A stretch of 64,000 nucleotides of DNA from Octopus sinensis (GCF_006345805.1 NC_043004.1:82832001-82896000), one strand, 5' to 3'; positions 36,310-49,961 are shown, counted from the stretch's first letter. Notes: a model not told the origin generated them from the sequence alone. A program made the numbers and translations.

Positions 36310-36773
36310 TGTATAAATATGTACATATACATACATATATATAGTCGAACAAATCGACCCCAGGATTTATTTTTTGTAAGCTTAATTCTTATTCTATCGG
36401 TTCTTTAGCCGAACCGCCAGTTTACGGGGACGAAAACAAACCAGCATCGGTTGTCAAACGAAGGTGGGGCGACAAGCACAGATACACAGAGATACACACA
36501 TACGCTGACACACACACACAAACACACACCACACACACACACACACACAAACACGCACATATATATAAAGTTAAATTAAATATAGGTATACCATTGAATT
36601 GGATGTTTGACAGAAACCTTTGAAGGATTTCTTTTCCTCAGATTGTTATTATATATATATATATATATATTTATATATTATATACAATATATGTGTGTGT
36701 GTATGTTTATTTATATATATGCATATATACACATGTATAAATATATGTATATATATATAAATATATATATATG

Positions 36774-36818
<45 letters not shown>

Positions 36819-37173
36819 GAATATACTCTTTTACTTGTTCAGTCATTGACTGCGGCCATGCTGGAGCACCGCCTTTAGTCGAGAAAATCGACTCCCAGGA
36901 CTTATTCTTTGTAAGCCTAGTACTTATTTTATCGGTCTCTTTTGTCGAACCGCTAAGTTACGGTGACGTAAACACACCAACATCGGTTGTCATCGATGTT
37001 GGGGGGACAAACTCAAACACACAAACACACACATATATACGACGGGCTTTTCCAGTTTCCGTCTACCAAATCCACTCACAAGGCTTTGTTCGGCCCGAGG
37101 CTATAGTAGAAGACACTTGCCAAGGTGTTATGTATATGTATATGTATATATGTATATGTATATTATATGTATA

Positions 37174-37213
<40 letters not shown>

Positions 37214-37361
37214 ATATATATATTATATATATGCATGTATGGGCTTCTTTCAGTTTCCGTCTACCAAATCCACTCACAAGGCTTTGTTCGGCCCGTGGCT
37301 ATAGTAGAAGACACTTGCCCAAGGTGTCATGTATATGTATATGTATATATGTATATGTATA

Positions 37362-37394
<33 letters not shown>

Positions 37395-37732
37395 ATAATA
37401 TATATATATATATATATTATGCATATATGGGCTTCTTTCAGTTTCCGTCTACCAAATCCACTCACAAGGCTTTGTTCGGCCCGAGGCTATAGTAGAAGAC
37501 ACTTGCCCAAGGTGTCATGTATATGTATATGTATATATGTATATGTATATGATATGTATATATATAGATATAATATATATATATATATATGCATATATGG
37601 GCTTCTTTCAGTTTCCGTCTACCAAATCCACTCACAAGGCTTTGTTCGGCCCGAGGCTATAGTAGAAAACACTTGCCCAATGTGCCATGTATATGTATAT
37701 GTATATATATATATGTATATGTATATGTTATA

Positions 37733-37803
<71 letters not shown>

Positions 37804-37813
37804 ATGTAGATAT

Positions 37814-37865
<52 letters not shown>

Positions 37866-38254
37866 TGTGGTGTGTGTGTGTGTGTGTGTGTGTGTGTGGT
37901 ATAAATATGTACATATACATACATATATATAGTCGAACAAATCGACCCCAGGATTTATTTTTTGTAAGCTTAATTCTTATTCTATCGGTTCTTTAGCCGA
38001 ACCGCCAGATTACGGGGACGAAAACAAACCACCATCGGTTGTCAAACGAAGGTGGGGCGACAAGCACAGATACACAGAGATACACACATACGCTGACACA
38101 CACACACAAACACACACCACACGCACACACACTAACACACACACACACGCACATATATATAAAGTTAAATTAAATATAGGTATACCATTGAATTGGATGT
38201 TTGACAGAACCCTTTGAAGGATTCTTTTCCTCAGATTGTTATTATATATATATA

Positions 38255-38299
<45 letters not shown>

Positions 38300-38394
38300 A
38301 ATATGTGTGTGTTGTATGTTTATATATATATATATATATATGCATATATACACATGTATAATATATATATATATATATAATATATATATATATG

Positions 38395-38433
<39 letters not shown>

Positions 38434-38954
38434 GAATATACTCTTTTACTCTTTTACTTGTTTCAGTCATTTGACTGCGGCCATGCTGGAGCACCGCCTT
38501 TAGTCAAGAAAATCGGCTCCCAGGACTTATTCTTTGTAAGCCTAGTACTTATTTTATCGGTCTCTTTTGTCGAACCGCTAAATTACGGTGACGTAAACAC
38601 ACCAACATCGGTTGTCAAGCGATGTTGGGGGGACAAACTCAAACACACAAACACACACATATATACGACGGGCTTCTTCCAGTTTCCGTCTACCAAATCC
38701 ACTCACAAGGCTTTGTTCGGCCCGAGGCTATAGTAGAAGACACTTGCCCAAGGTGTCATGTATATGTATATGTATATATGTAGATGGATATGTATATGTA
38801 TATATATAGATGCATATATGGACTTCTTTCAGTTTCCGTCTACCAAATCCACTCACAAGGCTTCGTTCGGCCCGAGGCTATATATAAAACACTTGCCCAA
38901 TGTGCCATGTATATGTTATGTATATATATATGTATATGTATATGTATATATATA

Positions 38955-38992
<38 letters not shown>

Positions 38993-39029
38993 ATCTATAT
39001 ATATATATTATATATATCTATATCTATGT

Positions 39030-39081
<52 letters not shown>

Positions 39082-39464
39082 GTGTTTGTTTGTGTGTTTG
39101 TGGTGTGAGTATAATAAATGTACATATACATACATATATATAGTCGAACAAATCGACCCCAGGATTTATTTTTTGTAAGCTTAATTCTTATTCTATCGGT
39201 TCTTTAGCCGAAACGCCAGATTACGGGGACGAAAACAAACCAGCATCGGTTGTCAAACGAAGGTGGGGCGACAAGCACAGATACACAGAGATACACACAT
39301 ACGCTGACACTCACACACAAACACACACCACACACACACACACTCACACACCCACACACGCACATATATATAAAGTTAAATTAAATATAGGTATACCATT
39401 GAATTGGATGTTGACAGAACCCTTTGAAGGATTTCTTTTCCTCAGATTGTTATTATATATATAT

Positions 39465-39508
<44 letters not shown>

Positions 39509-39996
39509 TATGTGTGTGTGTGTATGTTTATATATATATATGCATATATACACATGTATAAATATATATATATAATATATATATAATATGTATGTATATA
39601 TATAATATATATATATATATATGTATATGAATATACTCTTTTACTCTTTTACTTGTTTCAGTCATTGACTGCGGCCATGCTGGAGCACCGCCTTAGTCAA
39701 GAAAATCGACTCCCAGGACTTATTCTTTGTAAGCCTAGTACTTATTTTATCGGTCTTTTTGTCGAACCGCTAAGTTACGGTGACGTAAACACACCAACAT
39801 CGGTTTCAAGCGATGTTTTGGGGGACAAACTGAAACACACAAACCACACATATATACGACGGGCTTCTTCCAGTTTCCGTCTACCAAATCCACTCACAAG
39901 GCTTTGTTCGGCCCGAGGCTATAGTAGAAAACACTTGCCCAAGGTGTCATGTATATGTATATGAATATATGTATGTATATGTATATGTATATATAT

Positions 39997-40027
<31 letters not shown>

Positions 40028-40153
40028 CTATATATATATATATATATATATGCATATATGGGCTTCTTTCAGTTTCGTCTACCAAATCCACTCACAAGGC
40101 CTTGTTCGCCCGTGCTATAGTAGAAGACCTTGCCCAAGGTGTCATGTATATGT

Positions 40154-40186
<33 letters not shown>

Positions 40187-40320
40187 TATAATATATATGC
40201 ATATATGGACTTCTTTCAGTTTCCGTCTACCAAATCCACTCACAAGGCTTTGTTCGGCCCGAGGCTATAGTAGAAAACACTTGCCCAATGTGCCACGTAT
40301 ATGTATATGTAATATATATG

Positions 40321-40405
<85 letters not shown>

Positions 40406-41318
40406 TATATAATATATATATATGTATATATATAGATATATATATATATATATATGTGTTGTGTGTGTGTGTGTGTGTGTGTATAAATATGTACATATAC
40501 ATACATATATATAGTCGAACAAATCGACCCCAGGATTTATTTTTTGTAAGCTTAATTTTATTCTATCGGTTCTTTAGCCGAACCGCCAGATTACGGGGAC
40601 GAAAACAACCAGCATCGGTTGTCAACGAAGGTGGGGCGACAAGCACAGATACACAGAGATACACACATACGCTGACACACACACACAAAACACACCACAC
40701 ACACACACACACTCACACCCACACACACGCACATATATATAAAGTTAAATAAATATAGGTATACCATTGAATTGGATGTTTGACAGAACCCTTTGAAGGA
40801 TTTCTTTTCCTCAGATTGTTATAATATATATATATAATATATATATATATACATATATATGTGGTGTGTGTGTATTTTATATATATAATGCATATATACA
40901 CATGTAAAATATATTATATAAAATATATATATATATGTATGTATATATATATAATATATATATATATATATAATATATATATGTATATGAATATACTCTT
41001 TTACTCTTTTACTTGTTTCATTCATTTGACTGCGGCCATGCTGGAGCACCGCCTTAGTCGAGAAAATCGACTCCCAGGACTTATTCTTTGTAAGCCTAGT
41101 ACTTATTTTATCGGTCTCTTTTGTCGAACCGCTAAGTTACGGTGACTTAAACACACCAACATCGGTTGTCAAGCGATGTTGGGGGGACAACACAAACACA
41201 CAAACCACACATATATACGACGGGCTTCTTCCAGGTTCCGTCTACCAAATCCACTCACAAGGCTTTGTTCGGCCCGAGGCTATAGTAGAAGACACTTGCC
41301 AAGGTATCATGTATATGT

Positions 41319-41351
<33 letters not shown>

Positions 41352-41533
41352 TATGCATATATGTATATATATGTATATGTATATATATATGCATATATGG
41401 GCTTCTTTCAGTTTCCGTCTACCAAATCCACTCACAAGGCTTTGTTCGGCCCGTAGCTATAGTAGAAAACACTTGCCCAATGTGCCATGTATATGTATAT
41501 GTATATATATATGTATATGTATATGTATATATA

Positions 41534-41598
<65 letters not shown>

Positions 41599-41680
41599 TA
41601 TAATATATACATATATATATATATATATAAACATATATATATATATATATATGTACATTATATATATATATATATATATA
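36310..41680. repeat. Four-copy tandem array of a composite SINE/microsatellite unit (~1.2-1.6 kb)
   Basis: Marker tagtcgaacaaatcgacc at 36342, 37930, 39141, 40512; each unit has one to three sub-repeats of the SINE segment gggcttctttcagtttccgtctaccaaatcc... Confidence 0.85.
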
Positions 41681-42289
41681 CTATGAAAATTATAACGGTA
41701 GAAAATTTAGAAAAATTTTCATACCAGTGGATAGCATGTGTAATAAAAGTAAACAGACTGCATATATACATATATAAAGTTTATTGTATTTATATACAAA
41801 ACGGGCGGCCCATTACAGGACGCCTTACATGCTAGAGAGGGCAGCAAAACCCAAACCACGAGAAACAGTAATTCCGAAGAAATTGAAAACAAAATTATTT
41901 ACAGTTAATCCCAAACTTGAATTTCGTATTCTGAACAAAAAAAAAAATTATTTGTCACCTTTATTTCATCAGTGGTATCACCTTAGACAATATATGATTA
42001 TGTAGCAAATACGCAATGAAATTCCAAGTGCATACTGAGCTGAACGCTTACATGCACACAGAAACAGATTAACATATGTACTTTCCGCTGCACCTTTACA
42101 TTCACGTGTGTATTAATATGAATGTTTATGTGTATAAACATTCATATATGTGTATGTGTGCATCTCTCTGTATCTATTACCGCACCGCTTGAAAACTAGT
42201 ATTAGTTTGTTTACCTCGCTGGAAGACAGCGGAAATAGAGATCAATAGAAAGTTACCATCCATAAAATGAATTGATGTTGTGACCCCCT

Positions 42290-42790
42290 TCGGTCATGAA
42301 TGCCTATAGGATTGCACCTAGAAAGTTACCCTCCGAGGCACAAGTCTGGGCAAGGTTATTTATGGAACACAAGCCGTCGCCCACGCATAACAGACTCCCC
42401 TCTCCACGCCACCGATGTTTTCCAAGGGAAAGGCAAAGGCCGATACAGCTTGGCACCAGTGACGTCGCAGCTCATTTCTTAACGTGCAATTGGCTGAGCA
42501 CTCCAGAGGCACGTGTACCCTTTACGTAGTTCTCGGGGAGATTCAACGTGACACAGAGTGTGACAAGGCTGGCCCTTTGAAATACAGGTACAACGGAAAC
42601 GGGAAGAAAGAGTGAGAGAAAGTTGTGGTGAAAGAGTGCAGCAGGCTTCACCACAACCCCTGCCGGCGCCTTGTGGAGCTTTAGGTGTTTTTCGCTCAAT
42701 AAACACTCACAATGCCCGGTCTGGAAATCGAAACCGCGATCCTACGACTGCGAGACCGCTGACGTAACCACTAGGCCATTGCGCCTCCAC
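42290..42790 (-). mobile_element. tRNA-derived SINE (second family)
   Basis: Minus-strand head GGAGGCGCAATGGCCTAGTGG...GGTTTCGATTTCC, same as in the 18386-18621 palindrome; partial copies at ~33050-33190 and ~63290-63405. Confidence 0.7.
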
Positions 42791-43188
42791 ACGTAAAGTG
42801 AATATGCACTGATCAATCCTTTCTTTAAACACTTTAAGGTGGCGCTAATATATGATCACATGTCAATAAGAGAGAGAAATAAATGAATTAAAAAATATAC
42901 TTCTTAATGTACATAGGAATACAGCATCATTCTGCAAGAAAGATCTGAAGTTTTCGAATTGTTTATAATCAGATATATTTACCTGTAAGGTAGATATGAT
43001 TATATGTGGGACGAAAAATATGATTAAGAAAGAAAATTCGTTACACAGCCTTGGAATTCCACGTTGCGTTCGATTGTAAATCATTTTGGAATGTAGTTAT
43101 GTGAGGAAAATTTCGGCAAACAAAACTGCGCACATGTGCAACCGTTATAGTGATGAATGAATGCATGAATTTATCTATCCATCCATCC

Positions 43189-43269
<81 letters not shown>

Positions 43270-43320
43270 CGTATCTGTTGTCTGTCTGTCTATATATCTA
43301 TCCATCTAGCTATCTTCTCA

Positions 43321-43376
<56 letters not shown>

Positions 43377-43426
43377 TCATACACATATATACACATATAT
43401 ATGTATGTATTTTTATATATATGTAA

Positions 43427-43483
<57 letters not shown>

Positions 43484-43741
43484 TGTATGAGTGTGTGTGT
43501 GTGTGTATCTGTGTGGCGAGAACAGGAAACGAATATATATATATATCTGTTAGTTTTTGAGTCAGAGCAAATTCTAATATAGGATGAGCACATCAGTATT
43601 CTGCTTCCAGTATTTTCATAAGACAATATATAAATGTACCGTACAATATACACATGTAGGTCCGATAAGATTCCGTAAGTTACAGTCGAATGTGGTTCTG
43701 GTGAATTTCTGAAAGTAATCAATATATTTATATATACTTAC

Positions 43742-44740
43742 CTTACTATACAGTGTAATGCCTTCGCCAAAATACACAAGCATCGCATAGGCGCTTCCAA
43801 GTAAGAAACATGCCATAAAAATGATCTCTTCTTTAATTAATATGTCATTCAGTGTTCCATATATTATACAAAAAATGCCGCTTGGGACGAAGAATATAAT
43901 TATTGCTAACACGATTTGGAATTTATCATTGCATAAGTCCAGCAATTTACAAAGTGCTCTGTGCTTTTTTGAAGCTTTGGTTATCAAATTACTTTTAACT
44001 TTGCACTTATCTGTGGATCCTCCATGATTTATATCGAGCATATTTTGTCGAAAGTCTTCAGTAAGTTTATCGAACTCTTCTTTCACGAATATTATAAGGA
44101 ACTTGGAGACTAAGTTATCGTTATCAAGCATTAAGCTAATAGATAACTTTAGCATATAGGCTGTTATTATAATTGGTAGAAATAAGTAGTCATTGTCTGT
44201 CGCTGGGAACGAGTAGATCTCTAGGAAACGTATATATCTAAAGCGAACTGGAAAAATTACGATGTAAACAAATTGTGTAATGTAATTCATTATGAGCACA
44301 AAGAAAACAACACGCTTTCGTTTATACCATACGTTGGCGAAATGTTTCCGGCGATCAGATGATATCCTATAATCAGTAAAATAAGTTGATCCCTCAAACT
44401 GGTCATACTTTTGCATCAGGAAATAAAGTAAGCCTATTATACGAGACAATTTTGTTAATAAAATAAAGATTGATACCATTAATAATCCCACTTGTTTTTC
44501 TTTATATATTGACCAAATGAACAGAAAATATCGCAGAGCGTCAGCCAATATCAGAGCATAGAGTAAACAATAAGATATATATGAAATGCGATCGAATAAT
44601 CCAAAGGAATTCCAAGTATTTCGTGTCATTTTCATGCGGCGTAGAGGGAAGTAATCAGGTGACTTTAAGGAATGAATAAAATCATAAAGGTTACATTCTT
44701 TTGTATGTCCTTTGTTTCTATCTGAAGTCGAAGACGCCAT
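43742..44740 (-). CDS. GRL-E exon 1 (333 aa, TM1-TM6) of a divergent GR-like gene; exons 2-4 not located
   Basis: Open 999-bp frame with six hydrophobic segments, EEFDKL and HRALCKLLDLCNDKFQ motifs; donor AAG|GTAAGT at the same position (G..L.SK) as GRL-D/F. Confidence 0.82.
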
Positions 44741-45499
44741 TTTAAAAAGTAATTAAGGGAAAAACGTATACCAATAACTTTTAAAGGTCCGAACAAATCT
44801 CAAATCACGATAGTATACGAAACTTCAAATCACGTTAGTGTATGAAACTTCCTTTAATATGTATGAAAATTCCTTTAGTATATGAAATTTCCTTTAAAGT
44901 GTATGAAAATTGATGAAAAATATATACATACATACAAACATATATGTATTTATGTATTGTGTATTGCTATTTGATTTTAGTTGGATTTAATTATGCCTTC
45001 CCTGATAGTGAATTACTGATTCAGTTCTGCAATGTTATCCAGCAGAATCCACTAAAGAAATGATGTATAGAAATGAAATATGTATTGTTTGTTTCAGCAG
45101 TGAACGAAACTAGGCGTTGCCTCTTACTGTTACCATCGTTATCATGTGGCAAACCTCATTTGTGTAAAGGCGTAATTAATTGTTATTGATTGATACTTAA
45201 ATAGCTAATTAGCTTTTATTGGACAGCATTGATAGTTTCCCTGCAACTAACAAGCGACTGATCTTGTTGCACATGTTTCATTGGAAACTATGAGAGAAAT
45301 ATATACATACATACACACACATATAAATATATATGTATATATTATATATACATACATATGTGTACATATATGAATATATATATTTGTGTATATATATGTA
45401 TATATGTATAAAAATCTATTTATATATATAGAGAGAGATCGGTATAAATATACATACATACATATATGTAATATATATATATATATATATATATATTTA

Positions 45500-45532
<33 letters not shown>

Positions 45533-45710
45533 CTATATATATATTATATATATATATATAATATATATTATAATATATATTCATTGAAGAAGAAGGAGAT
45601 GGTCGATTCAATTCGATGCTGCTGCCGCATTATGTCGTACGGGAACGAGAAGATTTGCATCCCCAACCAGAATTTCGGAAGTAACACATGTCCTTGTGGA
45701 AGCTGTTGTC

Positions 45711-45788
45711 GCGGGCTGAAGAAGGCCACAGACATACATTATGATTTGTTATGAATCTGTCTAATAAGGCCCGAAACATATGTACCGC
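45711..45788 (+). ncRNA. Hammerhead motif with one extra G in stem I
   Basis: GCGGG-CTGAAGA-AGGCC...GGCC-CGAAAC-ATAT-GTA-CCGC. Confidence 0.55.
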
Positions 45789-45833
45789 TGAATCCTTCGC
45801 CTCATGTTTTTATTTTTATTTTTATTTTGATCA

Positions 45834-45878
<45 letters not shown>

Positions 45879-45991
45879 AGAAATTCGGGGTGAGACTTTG
45901 ATAATTATAAGCACCTGTGTATACCGTTTGGTGGTGTAGGTGGTGGAGTAAGTTGATCAAAATAAAATAAAAACATGATGCGAAGGATTCA

Positions 45992-46069
45992 GCGGTACAT
46001 ATGTTTCGGGCCTTTATTAGACAGATTTATAACAATGCATAAATTCTGTCTGTGGCCTTCTTCAGCCGC
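45992..46069 (-). ncRNA. Type-I hammerhead ribozyme motif (minus-strand copy)
   Basis: GCGG-CTGAAGA-AGGCC...GGCC-CGAAAC-ATAT-GTA-CCGC on the minus strand. Confidence 0.7.
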
Positions 46070-46162
46070 GCACAACAGCTTCCACAAGGACATGTGTTAC
46101 ATCAAAAATTCTTGTTGGGGAAGAATTTTTGATGTAACACTGTCCTTGTGGAAGCTGTTGTG

Positions 46163-46243
46163 GCGCGGCTGAAGAAGGCCACAGACATACATTATGCATT
46201 GTTATAAATCTGTCTAATAAAGCCCGAAACATATGTACCGCGC
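46163..46243 (+). ncRNA. Intact type-I hammerhead ribozyme motif
   Basis: Stem I GCGCGG/CCGCGC, core CTGAAGA...GAAA, stem II (A)GGC/GCC(C), stem III AC-ATAT-GT with palindromic loop, GUA cleavage triplet. Confidence 0.75.
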
Positions 46244-46266
46244 TGAAACCTTCGCATCATGTTTTT

Positions 46267-46320
<54 letters not shown>

Positions 46321-46544
46321 ATATATATAACGGAAGCTTTATGAAAATAAACAAAAGACGAAGGCAGGAGGAGTACAAACGAACAATTGTATTAGTATGG
46401 CGCTCTGGAATATAAATAAAACAAGTCTTTACGTTTCGAGCCTACGCTCTTCAACAGAGAGATACACAGAAAAGAAACACGGAGAGAAAAAAATGCGTGC
46501 AGAAGCTAGCAATTCAACATGGCGATATATATATATATATATCT

Positions 46545-46770
46545 AGGGTGGTGAGCTGGCAGAATCGTTAGCACGCCGGGCTAAATGCGTAGCCGTATTT
46601 CGTCTGCCGTTACGTTCTGATTTCAAATCCCGCCGATCGACTTTGCCTTTCATCCTTTCGGGGTCGATAAATTAAGTACCAGTTATGCATTGGGGTCGAT
46701 ATAATCGACTTAATCAGTTTGTCTGTCCTTGTTTGTCCTCTCTGTGTTTAGCCCCTTGTGGGTAGTAAAG

Positions 46771-46773
<3 letters not shown>
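46545..46773 (+). mobile_element. tRNA-derived SINE with Meta/MESC-like core
   Basis: gtggtgagctggcagaatcg...cgactttgcctttcatcctttcggggtcgataaattaagtaccag; related copies at ~62870-63260 (-, partly duplicated), ~61020-61160, ~50460-50600 and ~29990-30070. Confidence 0.65.
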
Positions 46774-46805
<32 letters not shown>

Positions 46806-47049
46806 ATTTTTTTGCGCAATAAGATAACATAAATGTAGGCTGTGTAGATATTATAACATTTATAGATAGAAAGTCTTACAGCTGTTTCCAGGATATTTAT
46901 TAATTATATCCCTTTATCGGAGACGGTGTGAGAGAATAGTTAAGTAATAGTTATTTTGGATAGGATACAAAACAGAGAGTGAGGTGGAGGAAAGAAAATA
47001 GATGTGAGGTATCAGGGATATTGAAGTTGTAAATCCAATTTTTAGGCAG

Positions 47050-47285
47050 AATGGTATATACTCTTTACTCTTTTACTTGTTTCAGTCTTTTGACTGCGGC
47101 CATGCTGGAGCGCCGCCTTTAGTCGAGCAAACCGACCCCGGGACTTATTCTTTGTAAGCCCAGTACTTATTCTATCGGTCTCTTTTGCAGAACCGCTAAG
47201 TGACGGAGACATAAACACACCAGCATCGGTTGTCAAGCAATGCTAGAGGGACAAACACAGACACACAAATATATACACACACATA

Positions 47286-47359
<74 letters not shown>

Positions 47360-47505
47360 TATATACGATAGGCTTCTTTCCGTTTCCGTCACCAATCGGC
47401 CCGAGGCTATAGAGAAGACACTTGCCCAAGATACCACGCAGTGGGACTGAACCCGGAACCATGTGGTTGGTAAGCAAGCTACTTACCACACAGCCACTCC
47501 TGCGC
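47050..47505 (-). mobile_element. tRNA-derived SINE (same family as 33200-33625)
   Basis: Minus strand starts gcgcaggagtggctgtgtggtaag...ggttccgggttcagtccc. Confidence 0.75.
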
Positions 47506-47657
47506 TTATATATGTAAGATTACAATACTTTATGAGTGAGATCCCGCAATATTTAAACTTAGTCATTCCAAGAACAGAATTTATACAAAATGTAGAATCA
47601 AAGGTTTTTATTTAAAATGTTTTCAATGGCACTATTCCCTTTTATAACCTCAATATG

Positions 47658-47690
<33 letters not shown>

Positions 47691-47719
47691 ATACACACAC
47701 ACACGCATATATATGTTTC

Positions 47720-48310
47720 ATTGGTGTCACCCATCCTTAACTTACTCCCTCCATCTGTAGCGATGACAGGCATTGCTCTCCTGCATATTACAGGCCTGTA
47801 ATGAAGACTTGTGGCAGTCCATAAATCGCAGCTTTGTTTTCCGCTGGGGTCTCTTTCTAGTAACAACTTCCCCATATAGCATCTGGTCATTCTATTCTTT
47901 CTAATAAGGTGTACATTCCAACGTAACAGTGCTTGCGCATTATCACATCGTTACTCAAGATATCAGCTTTCCTGAAGACTTGTGTGCCTAGAGTTTTTAA
48001 AGTTCAGCCAATATTCAGAATGTGTCTCACACATCTCTGATGAAAGCGTTCAAGGACATTTACATGACATGTGTAAAGGGTTCATGTCTCACATGGGTAA
48101 AGGAGCGATGTAAGTACACATGCACGGTATACAGTAATTTTTGTTTGCCTTGTGATGCTATGCAAGGGCCAGACACAAGACTGAAGAGACCGGTAGTAAT
48201 GAGTTCTTCTTTGCAGTGTGAATTTAAGCGTGCTACTCGAAAGCGAACTGCTAGCGTAGTGAATGGGGAAAGCTTGGATTGCAATGACTGCAGGCACGTA
48301 TGTTTGTCAA
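47720..48310 (-). mobile_element. Decayed RTE-clade LINE fragment
   Basis: KITVYRACVLTSLLYPCET motif (ORF 48082-48297). Confidence 0.65.
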
Positions 48311-48479
48311 GAGCGAGAGCTCTTTAGCCACCAACGGAGCCGCAAATGCAAAATAAAAGTTACTGCTAGAGCGCACAATCTGTATATATATCCGGAGATA
48401 CACGCATGTTCATTTATTCCATATGCATTCATGACGTTTTCACATAAAAAATATATATTTAAGAAAAAATGTGTCTAAT

Positions 48480-49640
48480 TGAAACGGTTTCCAATAGAAA
48501 AATATGAGAATGACATAAAAGAATAAAAGAAACATATATTTGTGAGTCGTAGCTTATCTTTCTTTTCTTGTGAAGAAGGAAACCAATATTGTTTTTCGAA
48601 TGTACTTGGTTGAGTGCGGGCAAATACCAAAGTTTCGCTGTTCGCATTCAGAGGGATACTACACTCCAGTAAGCTCTTCAGATTAGCCACTTTTCTACAT
48701 AGTAGTGACCGCGACGTCTGAAGCGTCTGACACAGGATTTGCCTCTCTTTAAGACTTCGTAGTCCTTGGATAAGTGTTGGCTCTGTCGTTTATATCCTGT
48801 ATATGACAAGGGTGTTTTGAGGAGTATATTTTGTTGTAGTTTTGCAAAAGAGCAATTGTTACATTTCTTTTGTTTGCTTCAGTTTTTTTTAATGCTTTAA
48901 TTGTTATTTAACTTTTTAATTTTGTGTAACGCCAAGGTACATGTAAGTCTATCCCTATATTTATTACTGGATGTATTCCATATTATTTTAATCTTAACCA
49001 TACACGAAAGCAGAAGATACTTTTAACCCTTGAACGGTTAAAACCTCTGTGGTATGATATCTTTTGATATTCTCGTATGAAACATGCAATGATAGCTGAG
49101 GTGTGAAAGCGAGGATGTAAGAAATCGGTGTTGGGAAACTCAATGTTCCATACTCGTATACTCGTGGAATTTACTAAATTTAGTACTCTTCTTTCAATGC
49201 TAGTAAGGTCTGCTTTTCTTCTTATATCATTAAACAAGATACCTGTATATATATATATATATATATATTGTTGTATTTAAGAATGGTCCTTTTGCCAGTT
49301 TAGCCAATAAAAACACACGCACTATATATTTGGTGTTACTTTGCTTCAGTGTTATTTATTTTTTACATTAAGCTTAATCTTATTTCGGCCAGAGTTCTTT
49401 CGTCACACTCCTGTGACCGCATCAGTGGTCCTTTGCTTTCTTCTTTCCTATTTGTGTCTCTCCTTATTAACCGTCAGCCATTTTGTACTTCTATTGTATG
49501 TGTCTTCATTTGCGCATGCGTATATCTCTATGTGCGTCTATGTTTAGTTTGTGTATGTGTGTGTGGGGGGAATGCCTGTAATATTTGTATCTATTGTTTA
49601 TATACGTTCGTGTAATTTCTTTTTGTTTTTGTTTATTCTT
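48480..49640 (-). mobile_element. Penelope-like remnant (pLTR segment 49270-49640 shared with 13130-13460, plus decayed coding sequence)
   Basis: Direct sequence match to the 13.2-kb copy including the hammerhead-like motif at 49387-49431; downstream CPHSTKYIRKT resembles a GIY-YIG motif only weakly. Confidence 0.45.
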
Positions 49641-49798
49641 TCGGTATGCGGCAAAGCAACCTGTTGCCTGCCCTTTTACTTAAATACAATATATACTGAA
49701 CTTCACAGAAGTTCCCACCGCTAATGGTCATATTTACATACCCAAATCTACCGGTAAATAATTGTTGGTTGTCTGAAAAACCATCGAAGAAATTACCC

Positions 49799-49961
<163 letters not shown>

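Larger units (their letters stand above)
45661..46270. mobile_element. Three Penelope-pLTR-type repeats in +/-/+ arrangement, each carrying a hammerhead motif
   Basis: Copies ~45661-45820 (+), ~45960-46110 (-), ~46111-46270 (+); copies 2 and 3 are head-to-head around atcaaaaattctt-gttgggg-aagaatttttgat. Confidence 0.75.

Noticed and set aside
36310-41680. Regularly recurring repeats as a CRISPR-like array
   Set aside because: Eukaryotic context; units are kb-scale SINE composites and spacers are microsatellites, not unique sequence; no cas genes.
36064-41835. Many 60-220-aa ORFs rich in IY/HT/CV repeats here and across the window
   Set aside because: Translations of (TA)n, (CA)n, (ATCT)n and trinucleotide microsatellites or SINE sequence.
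41840-41950. Minus-strand stretch reading (F)FLFRIRNSSLGLTVNNF, reminiscent of exon 3
   Set aside because: In-frame TAA just upstream, no acceptor AG at the required position, and it lacks GGCF.
42915-42983. Candidate GRL-E exon 2 (minus): ccttacAG|VNISDYKQFENFRSFLQNDAVFL, with DAV in the same register as EAV/EAI of other exon 2s
   Set aside because: No GT donor at the 69-bp phase-0 boundary (it is shifted by 1 nt), no conserved His at position 2, and weak similarity otherwise. Could be chance or a decayed exon.
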